Shown here in pieces: positions 49,002 to 56,954 of a stretch of 64,000 nucleotides of DNA. The stretch's first letter is position 1, and every line of letters begins with the position of its first letter. This DNA comes from Candidatus Latescibacterota bacterium (GTDB lineage: Bacteria; Latescibacterota; UBA2968; UBA8231): NCBI GenBank assembly GCA_964291625.2, contig OZ220089.1:256001-320000 (forward strand), written 5' to 3'. The position numbers were made by a program, and so were the translations under genes. The notes beneath the pieces are model-generated. The model was not told the origin of the DNA. It was given only the letters and a program-made list of their open reading frames with translations, and did no database searches.

Positions 49002-50813
49002 TCAGTAGGCCAGTTCCACCACGCCCCGGCGCCGGCCGGTGCCGCCGTCGGCATGCACGCGCAGCTCGTAGAGGTAGAGGCCGGGAGGGACCCGGCGGCC
49101 GCTGCTGTCGAGACCGTCCCAGGCGGCGGTGAGGGTGCCGGCGCCGTGCTCCGCCTCCCAGGCCCGGACCAGGGGGCGGCCGTCGACAGCGAAGATGTCG
49201 AGGGTCAGCCTCGCCGGTTCCATGAGCTTGAGGAGGGTGAAGGTCAGCTCGAGCCGGTCGTTGACGCCGTCGGCGTTCGGGGTCGTCACGGGGCTGGCGG
49301 CCCTCAGGTTGGAGATCAGGGACAGGCGCCCCGCTGCCGCCCCGTGGCGGACGACCAGACCGCCTCCGGGCTCGCCGTCGATGTCGGCGGGGCGCGCGAC
49401 CTGGTAGGCCACCCTCGATCCCCCCTCCTCGGTGCGCCGGTCGATGGCCTGCACCTCGAACCTCGTGCGCTCGTGGAAGACCGTGGCCGTGAACTCCACC
49501 TGCAGGAAGCTGCCGTCCTGCACCACCCGGCGGGGCAGGTTGACGGTGAAGCCGGTGCCCGGCTCGACGTCGATGAAGGGCAGGACCTCCAGGTCGTCGA
49601 CGCGGATGCTTTGGACCTCGCCGATCTCGGCCGCCGTCCTTACCTGCAACTGCCGGAAACCGGTGTCCCGGTGAGACTCGGAGCCGGTGCGGTCCAGGTG
49701 GACCTGAAGGGAGAGGGTGAAGGGGCTCTCCACCCCGGCCCGCGCCTCCAGGGGCGAGATCTCGGCCGCCAGGTCCCGGGCGACCGGTGGATGGATGTAC
49801 TCGAACCGCAGCTCCCGCAGGCCGGCGCCGGGTTCCGTCAGGGTGATCTGGAACTGCAGGTAGCGTTTCAGGGGTGGCGAGCGCACGAGTCCGTCGGTGA
49901 CCGGCTCCCATGGGCTCCAGGCCGGATTGGGCTCGACCGGCCCCCTGTCCTCCGGCGGGGCGTTCTCCCAGCCCGCCTTGCTGTACTGGATCACGTCGCC
50001 GCCCTGGATCAGGTAGTAGAGGAGGGGGCTCCGGTCCGGCCCGGTGCGGGTGCGCACCACCACGGGCGCGGTGGAGATGTCGCCGCCCTCGTAGAGCACG
50101 CGTCCCCACACGGGCTCCGGCCGGCCGGCCCGCAGCGGCTGGGACTCGTACTCCCCCACGGGGACCGTGCCGTCCGAGTAGACCTCCAGCTCGGCGATCT
50201 CCCAGGCGCGGTCGACCTGCGGCTCCAGGGCCAGCAGGCGCGCCTCCACGCTGGGGAAGCGCTTGTCCACCACGGGGGAGGTGTTCTCGTTGGGGGCCTT
50301 GAAGAACATCAGCCGGCGGGAGTCGGCCAGGGGGTCGAGACTCTGCGCCGCGGACAGGGTGAACTCCTGCAGGAACCGGTTGCGGTTGCGGAAGTCGAGG
50401 CGGGGGAAGAACCGGACGCGGTTCATACGGAAGGTGGCCCCCAGGTCGACCCACAACGTGGAGGACCGCTCCACGCCCTCCTGCAGGTCGGGATCGAAGA
50501 AGGTGGTCGGATCGCCGTCGAAGAGCGCTTCGCCGCCGGGCAGCGGCGTGAACCCCCTCTCCGGGTCCGAGTACAGCACCCGTCCGCCGCGCTCGCCGAG
50601 GGTGGCGGTCAGGTTCGCGTTGGCCTCCACGTCCCACATCCAGATGCCGTCCCCGGTGACGGCGACGTACCGCGAGGAGGACTCCGCCCCCCGCCAGGAG
50701 AGCTCGGGGCCGACGGAGACGTAGCGGACCTCGCCGGCCGACGGTCGGCCCAGCGACAGGAGGGCGGCCGCTACCGCCAGCGGCCGCATCATCGCCAGGT
50801 GAGTTGCGGCCAT
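49002..50813 (-). CDS. Secreted protein (~603 aa): discoidin-like domain plus FlgD-Ig / type-B CTD-like tail
   Basis: ATG at 50813; LFDGDPTTFF...WVDLGATFRMNRVRFFPR; TTPNADGVND...WDGLDSSGRRVPPGLY; ends ELAY. Confidence 0.8.
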   Translation of the reverse strand: MAATHLAMMRPLAVAAALLSLGRPSAGEVRYVSVGPELSWRGAESSSRYVAVTGDGIWMWDVEANANLTATLGERGGRVLYSDPERGFTPLPGGEALFDGDPTTFFDPDLQEGVERSSTLWVDLGATFRMNRVRFFPRLDFRNRNRFLQEFTLSAAQSLDPLADSRRLMFFKAPNENTSPVVDKRFPSVEARLLALEPQVDRAWEIAELEVYSDGTVPVGEYESQPLRAGRPEPVWGRVLYEGGDISTAPVVVRTRTGPDRSPLLYYLIQGGDVIQYSKAGWENAPPEDRGPVEPNPAWSPWEPVTDGLVRSPPLKRYLQFQITLTEPGAGLRELRFEYIHPPVARDLAAEISPLEARAGVESPFTLSLQVHLDRTGSESHRDTGFRQLQVRTAAEIGEVQSIRVDDLEVLPFIDVEPGTGFTVNLPRRVVQDGSFLQVEFTATVFHERTRFEVQAIDRRTEEGGSRVAYQVARPADIDGEPGGGLVVRHGAAAGRLSLISNLRAASPVTTPNADGVNDRLELTFTLLKLMEPARLTLDIFAVDGRPLVRAWEAEHGAGTLTAAWDGLDSSGRRVPPGLYLYELRVHADGGTGRRRGVVELAY

Positions 50814-50814
50814 C

Positions 50815-52319
50815 TCAGAACGGCGCCCAGTTCGGGTGCAGGTCGTCGTACGGATCATCGGTCACCCGCTCCTCGGCGCCGCCCTCGACGGGGACGATGT
50901 AGATGTCGTAGCGCGTCTCCACGTCGACCAGCCGGGCGAAGGCGATGCGGGTGCCGTCGGGAGACCAGGTGGGAGTCTCCTCCCAGGCCTCGCCGAAGGT
51001 CAGCTGCCGGGCGCCGCTGCCGTCGGCGGCCATGACCCAGATGTGGCTGATGTCGAAATCGTCCGGATCCAGCGCGACATAGGCGATCCAGGCCCCGTCG
51101 GGCGACCACGAAGGTTGTCCGGCGTACTGGCCCTCCGGCGAGAGCCGCTCCGTGCCGCCGCCGGCCGGGTCCATGATGGTGATACCGTCCTCGCCGTCGT
51201 AGGCGATCGAGGCGCCGTCGGGCGACCACGCGGGCGACCGGCCCCACGGGGCCAGGGGCTCGTGGGTGAGCCTCTCCACGCCGCTGCCGTCGGCGTTCAT
51301 GACGAAGACCTGCGGCCCCCTCCCTCCCCCGCCGCTGCGCTCGAAGGCGATGCGCTGGCCGTCGGGCGACCAGGCGGGAGCCGAGTCGTAGGCGTCGCCG
51401 CGCGTCAGGTTCACCGGGTTCCCGCCGTCGGCGTCCATGACGTAGATCTCGAGGTCCCCGTCGCGGATCGAGCTGAAGGCCACCTTCGTCCCGTCCGGCG
51501 ACCGGGCCGGCTGCTCGCCCCGGCGGGTGAAGTAGAGGGTTTCCAGGGAGTCGGGGAAGGTGCCGTCCGACTTCGGCAGACCGATCAGGCCCGAGGACAG
51601 GTTCACCACCTCGCCGCTCTCCAGGTCCAGGGAGTGCACCTCCAGGTCGCGCAGGTATTCGCTCTCGAGGCGCCGGTTCGAGGTGAACAGGAGCTGAGTA
51701 GCGTAGGCCGACCCGTCCGGCAGGACCACCTGCGCCGTGTCCTCCGGCTCCGGTGCCGTGAACTCCACGGTCACCCCCCCTCGCGGAGGGCGGCGGCCTG
51801 GGCCCGGGCCGCCTCGCTCAGCGGGTTGCCGGTGAGATCGACGCTCTGCAGGCTGTCCAGACCCGCCAGGGCCGACACCTCCGCCACCTCGTTGTCGGCC
51901 AGCAAGAGCACCTGCAGGCCCTTCAGCGACTCCAGGGGCGTGACCTCCTCGACCCGGTTGCTCCCCAGGTCGAGGTAGCGCAGCCGCGTCAGCCCCGACA
52001 GCGGCGACAGGTCGCGGATCTCGTTGCCGTACAGGTCCAGGGCCTCCAGCCGGCTCAGCTGCTCGATGCCGTCCAGGTTCGCGATCCCCCGCTCCTTGGC
52101 CGTCAGCGAGACCAGCCCGGCCGCGTCGCCTGTCTCCCCCGCGGCTTCGGTCACCGCCGACTGCAGGGCCGAGTCCGCGAAGACCAGGGCGACGCCCGTG
52201 CCGCCCCCGGGGCCGGGGCCGACGGGCGGGTCGGGCTCGGAGCCGCAGCCGGCCAGCATCAGGACGGCCACCAGGGCCGCGAGCTTCCAGGTCATCACCA
52301 TCGCAGGCGCTCCGGACAT
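50815..52319 (-). CDS. LRR plus TolB-like (PD40) beta-propeller lipoprotein, copy 4; split by a 1-nt frameshift in a G7 tract at 51774-51780
   Basis: Lipobox MLAGC; internalin-type LRRs; WSPDG repeats; ends PNWAPF. Adding one G restores REGGVTVE, colinear with paralog RERGVTVE. Confidence 0.85.
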
Positions 52320-52320
52320 C

Positions 52321-53850
52321 TCAGAACGGCGTCCAGTTGGGGTCCATGTCATCGTGGGGATCGTCGGTGACCCGCTCCTCGGCACCGCCCTCGACATCGA
52401 CGATGTAGATGTCGTAGCGGATATCCTGCTCCGACTGCCGCGCGAAGGCGATCCGGGTGCCGTCGGGGGACCACGTCGGGTTGCTGTCCCAGGTCTCGGC
52501 GAAGGTCAGCTGCCGGGCGCCGCTGCCGTCGGCGCCCATGACCCAGACGTGGCTGAAGTCCCTGGCCGTGTCCGCCTTGGTGTAGGCGATCCGTTCACCG
52601 TCCGGCGACCACGTCGGGCGCGTCCCCCCGAGGCCAGCCTGCGAGATGAGATGCAGGGATCCGCTGCCGAGCTCGAGGAGGTGGATTCCCCAGTCGGTCC
52701 CCATGGCGGAGACGCAGGCGATGGACGCGCCGTCGGGCGACCACGCCGGCGAGCCGGCCCAGGGGGCCAGGGGTTCGTACGTGAGCTGCTCCACGCCGCT
52801 GCCGTCGGCGTTCATGACGAAGATGTGGGGCACCCCGCCGTCGCGTTCCGACACGAAGGCGATGCGCCGCCCGTCGGGCGACCAGGCGGGACCCGAGTCG
52901 AACGCGTCGTGGCGGGTGAGGTTCACCGGATCGCCTCCGTCCGCGTCCATGACATAGATCTCCATGTCGCCGTCCCGGAAGGAGGCGAAGACCACCCTCG
53001 TCCCGTCGGGCGACCGGGCCGGCTCCTCGCTGGTCCGCGAGGCGTAGTGCCGTTCCAGCGAGTCGGGAACCGAGCCGTTGGAAAAGGGGACGGCGGCCAG
53101 GACCGAGCACAGGTTCACGACCTCGCCGGTCTCCAGGTCCAGGGAATGCACCTCGCGGCTGGACAGGTAGCCGCCCTCGAGCCGCCGATTCGAGGAGAAC
53201 AGGAGCACCGAGGCGCCCAGGGGAGGGGCCGGACCCTCCGGCGGGATCACCTCCACGCTGTCCTCCGCCTCCGGCACGGCGACCTCCACGGTCACGCCGC
53301 GCTCGCGGAAGGCGGCGGCCTGGGCCTGGGCCGCCTCGCTCAGCGGGTTGCCGGTGAGATCGACGCTCTGCAGGCTGTCCAGACCCGCCAGGGCCGACAC
53401 CTCCGTCACCTCGTTGTCGGCCAGGAGCAGCACCTGCAGGCTCCTCAGCGACTCCAGGGGCGTGACCTCCTCGACCCGGTTGCTCCCCAGGTCGAGGTAG
53501 CGCAGCCGCGTCAGCCCCGACAGCGGCGACAGATCGCGGATCTCGTTGCCGTACAGGTCCAGGGCCTCCAGTCGCGTCAGCTGCTCGATGCCGCCCAGGT
53601 CGGCGATCCCCCGCTCCTTGGCGGTCAGGGAGACCAGCCCGGCCGCGTCACCCGTCCCGGCCCCGACGGCGGCCTCCTCCACCGCCGCCTGCAGCGCCGA
53701 GTCCGCGAAGACCAGGGCGACGCCCGTGCCGCCCCCGGGGTCGGGGTCGGGCCCGATGGGGCCGTCCGGGTCCGAGCCGCAGCCGGCCAGGGCCAGGGCG
53801 GCCGCCAGGGCCGTGAGCTTCCGGGTCATCGTCGAGTGCGCTCCCGACAT
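52321..53850 (-). CDS. LRR plus TolB-like (PD40) beta-propeller lipoprotein, copy 3 (509 aa)
   Basis: Lipobox ALAGC; VFADSALQAAV cap; LEALDLYGNEIRDLSPL; WSPDG repeats; ends PNWTPF. Confidence 0.9.
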   Translation of the reverse strand: MSGAHSTMTRKLTALAAALALAGCGSDPDGPIGPDPDPGGGTGVALVFADSALQAAVEEAAVGAGTGDAAGLVSLTAKERGIADLGGIEQLTRLEALDLYGNEIRDLSPLSGLTRLRYLDLGSNRVEEVTPLESLRSLQVLLLADNEVTEVSALAGLDSLQSVDLTGNPLSEAAQAQAAAFRERGVTVEVAVPEAEDSVEVIPPEGPAPPLGASVLLFSSNRRLEGGYLSSREVHSLDLETGEVVNLCSVLAAVPFSNGSVPDSLERHYASRTSEEPARSPDGTRVVFASFRDGDMEIYVMDADGGDPVNLTRHDAFDSGPAWSPDGRRIAFVSERDGGVPHIFVMNADGSGVEQLTYEPLAPWAGSPAWSPDGASIACVSAMGTDWGIHLLELGSGSLHLISQAGLGGTRPTWSPDGERIAYTKADTARDFSHVWVMGADGSGARQLTFAETWDSNPTWSPDGTRIAFARQSEQDIRYDIYIVDVEGGAEERVTDDPHDDMDPNWTPF

Positions 53851-53851
53851 C

Positions 53852-55381
53852 TCAGAACGGCGTCCAGTTGGGGTGCATGTCATCGTGCGGATCGTCGGTC
53901 ACCCGCTCCACGTCGCCGCCCTCCGCGGGGACGATGTAGATGTCGTAGCGGGTCTCCTGCTCCGTCTGCCGCGCGAAGGCGATGCGGCGGCCGTCGGGGG
54001 ACCACGTGGGGGTCCGGTCCCAGACCTCGGCAGAGGTCAGCTGCCTGGCGCCGCCGCCGTCGGCATCCATGACCCAGATGTGGCTGGAGTCGGTGGTCGT
54101 GTCGACGACGGTAAAGGCGATCCGGGCGCCGTCGGGCGACCACGACGACTCCCCGCCCTCCGGGGAGAGAAGGCGCATCACTCCGCTGGCCAAGTCCAGC
54201 ACGTAGATCCCTTGCACGCCTCCCTGGGACGAGAGACAGGCGATCGACGAGCCGTCGGGGGACCACGCGGGCCAGAAAACCCACGAGGCCTGGGGCTCGT
54301 CGGTGAGCTGCTCCACCCCGCCGCCGTCGGCGTCCATGACGAAGAGCTGGCCCAGCCGTCCTCCGTCGTTGCGGTTCGACACGAAGGCGATGCGCCCTCC
54401 GTCGGGCGACCAGGCCGGATACTGGTCATTCGCCGGGTGGCGCGTCAGGTTCACCGGGTCGCCGGCGGCGGCGTCCTGGACGTAGATCTCCTGGTCCCTG
54501 TCCCGGCGCGAGGTGAAGGCCACCCGGGTGCCGTCCGGCGACCGGGCCGGTTCCTCGCTGCTTCGCGGGTGGTAGGCGGTCAGGGAGTCGGGCACGGTGC
54601 CGTCGGCCAGGGGGAGAACGGCCAGGGCCGGGGACAGGTTGACCACCTCGCCGGTCTCCAGGTCCAGGGAGTGGACCTCGAGGCCGGAAAGGTAGGAACC
54701 CTTCGTGCGCCGGTTGGAGGAGAACAACAACTGCGAACCGCGCAGAGCACGGCCAGGCTCCCCGGGTGGTTCCTCGGGCGGGACCACCTCGACGCTGTCC
54801 TCCGGCTCCGGCTCCGGCGCGGTCAGCTCCACGGTCACGCCGCGCTCGCGCAGGGCGGCGGCCTGGACCCGGGCCGCCTCGCTCAGCGGGTTGCCCGTGA
54901 GATCCAGGCTCTGGAGGCTGTCCAGACCGGCGAGGGCGGAGATCTCCGTCACCCCGTTGTCGGCCAGCAGCAGCACCCGCAGGCCCTTCAGCGACTCCAG
55001 GGGCGAGACCTCCTCGACCCGGTTGCTCCCCAGGTCGAGGTAGCGCAGCCGCGTCAGCCCCGACAGCGGCGACAGGTCGCGGATCTCGTTGCCGTACAGG
55101 TCCAGGGCCTCCAGCCGGGTCAGCTGCTCGATGCCGTCCAGGTTCGCGATCCCCCGCTCCTTGGCCGTCAGGGTGACCAGCCCGGCCGCGTCGATGGTCC
55201 CGGCCGCGACCTCGGCTTCGTCCACGGCCGCCTGCAGCGCCGAGTCCGCGAAGACCAGGGCGGCGCCCGCGCCACTCCCCGGGTCGGGATCGGGCCCGAT
55301 GGGCGGGTCCGGCTCCGAGCCGCAGCCGGCCAGGGCGCACAGGACCAGGGCTCGCGTTGATGCCGCCGTCATGGACCTCAT
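53852..55381 (-). CDS. LRR plus TolB-like (PD40) beta-propeller lipoprotein, copy 2 (509 aa)
   Basis: ATG at 55381 overlaps the upstream TGA; lipobox CALAGC; same architecture; ends PNWTPF. Confidence 0.9.
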   Translation of the reverse strand: MRSMTAASTRALVLCALAGCGSEPDPPIGPDPDPGSGAGAALVFADSALQAAVDEAEVAAGTIDAAGLVTLTAKERGIANLDGIEQLTRLEALDLYGNEIRDLSPLSGLTRLRYLDLGSNRVEEVSPLESLKGLRVLLLADNGVTEISALAGLDSLQSLDLTGNPLSEAARVQAAALRERGVTVELTAPEPEPEDSVEVVPPEEPPGEPGRALRGSQLLFSSNRRTKGSYLSGLEVHSLDLETGEVVNLSPALAVLPLADGTVPDSLTAYHPRSSEEPARSPDGTRVAFTSRRDRDQEIYVQDAAAGDPVNLTRHPANDQYPAWSPDGGRIAFVSNRNDGGRLGQLFVMDADGGGVEQLTDEPQASWVFWPAWSPDGSSIACLSSQGGVQGIYVLDLASGVMRLLSPEGGESSWSPDGARIAFTVVDTTTDSSHIWVMDADGGGARQLTSAEVWDRTPTWSPDGRRIAFARQTEQETRYDIYIVPAEGGDVERVTDDPHDDMHPNWTPF

Positions 55382-56914
55382 CAGAAGGGCGCCCAGCACG
55401 GGTCCCTGTCGACGCCCGGATCGTCGGTGAGCTGCTCGCCGGCGCCCCCCTCCGCGGGGATGACGTAGAGGTCGTAGGCAATCCCTTCCGCCCGGTCCTC
55501 CCGCGCCAGGACGATGCGGGCGCCGTCGGGAGACCACCTGGGGGGGCCGCGCCGGAAGAACCGCCCCACGGTCAGCTGGCGGGCCTCCCCGCCCCGGGCG
55601 GGGATCTTCCACACCTGGCTCCTCGAATTCGACGGTCTCCACGTAGGCGATCCAGCGGCCGTCCGGGGACCACGATGGCCCCCACGCCAGTCCGTCGTCG
55701 TCGGTGAGGAGCCGGGCCTCCCGGCTGGACAGGTCCAGGACGAAGATCCCTGAAAAGCCGTGGCCGTCGTACTTGTTGAAGGCGATCGACGAGCCGTCCG
55801 GCGACCACGCCGGATGCTCGGCGCTTTGGCTCAGGGGATCTGAGGTCACCTGCTCCACGCCGCTGCCGGCGGCGTCCATGACGAAGATGTCGGTGTTGTT
55901 GCGCCAGGGCCGGATCTCGACGTCGCCGTTGCGGTCGGAGACGAAGGCGATGCGCTCCCCGTCGGGCGACCAGGCGGGATTCGCGTCATAGGCCTGGTGA
56001 AGGGTGAGGTTCTCCGGCCGGCCGCCGTCGGCGTCCATGGCGTAGATCTCGTAGTTGCCGAAGTCCCGATACGAGGTGAAGGCGATCCTTCTCCCGTCGG
56101 GGGACTGGGCCGGCTCCACCCCGTGGCGCGGCGGCGGCCGCCCGCTGGAATCGTCCCCGGACAGGGGCGCCTCGGCCAGGGCTTCCGCCAAGTTGACGAC
56201 CTCGCCAGTCCCCGAGTCCAGGGAATGCACCTCGAGGTCCCAGTCGTCCCCGGTCCGGCGGCTCGAGACGAAGACGATCGGCAGCTCCCCCAGGACGACC
56301 CCGCCCCCGCCCGGATCCTCCGGCTCCTCGGGCTCCGTGATGTCCACGGTCACGCCCCGTTCCCGCAGCGCCGGCACCTGGGCGTCGACGGCGTCCCCGG
56401 TCAACGGGTTGCCCGTGAGGTCGACGCTGTTCAGGCTGTCGAGACCCGCCAGGGCGGAGATCTCCCTCACCTCGTTGTCGGCCAGCACCAGCACCTGAAG
56501 GCTCTTCAGCGACGCCAGGGGGGTCACCTCCTCCACCCGGTTGTTCCCGAGGTCGAGGTAGCGCAACCGTTTGAGCCCCGCCAGCGGCGACAGGTCCAGG
56601 ATCTCGTTGCCGTACAGGTCCAGGGCCTCCAGTCGCTCCAGCTGCCCGATGGCGCCCAGGTCGGCGATACCCCGCTCCCTGGCGTTCAGGGAGACCAGCT
56701 CCTCCGCGCTTCCGGCAGCGGCCGCCGCGGCCTCTTCCACCGCCGCCTGCAGGGCCGAGTCGGCGAATACCAGGGCGACGCCGGTGGGGCCGACGGGATC
56801 GGGACCGGGACCGACGGCCGGGTCCGGCTCCGAGCCGCAGCCGGCCAGGACCCAGACGCAGACCGCCATCCGGGGGGTGGTCTCCACGATCCTCCGCAAG
56901 GTCGGAAAGTCCAT
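55381..56914 (-). CDS. LRR plus TolB-like (PD40) beta-propeller lipoprotein, copy 1; apparent 1-nt frameshift at ~55618-55624
   Basis: Lipobox VLAGC; same architecture. The last blades (SQVWKIPARGGEARQLT...PCWAPF) lie in another frame. The start could be 56914 or 56870. Confidence 0.82.
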
Positions 56915-56954
56915 GATTATTAAGGGGTTATGGACAATTGTGGACTTAGTCAAG
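56915..56954 (-). promoter_or_regulatory. AT-rich probable promoter/operator of the 56.9-39.2 kb minus-strand unit
   Basis: TTGACT on the minus strand at 56954-56949; palindrome ACAATTGT (56934-56941); IHF-like TATTAAGGGGTTA (56918-56930). No clean -10 box. Confidence 0.45.

Larger units (their letters stand above)
50815..56914 (-). repeat. Four-copy tandem gene duplication (~1.5-kb unit)
   Basis: Near-identical LRR-coding DNA at about 51940-52050, 53460-53570 and 55005-55110, more diverged at 56520-56630. The junction CCGTTCTGAGATG recurs (minus strand). Confidence 0.9.

Noticed and set aside
50815-56914. CRISPR array or diversity-generating retroelement
   Set aside because: The repeats are whole coding paralogs; there is no repeat-spacer periodicity, reverse transcriptase or visible adenine-specific TR/VR pair.
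56928-56950. DnaA boxes / replication origin
   Set aside because: Only two poor matches (TTGTCCATA, AAGTCCACA) in a 35-bp gap, with no dnaA/dnaN context.
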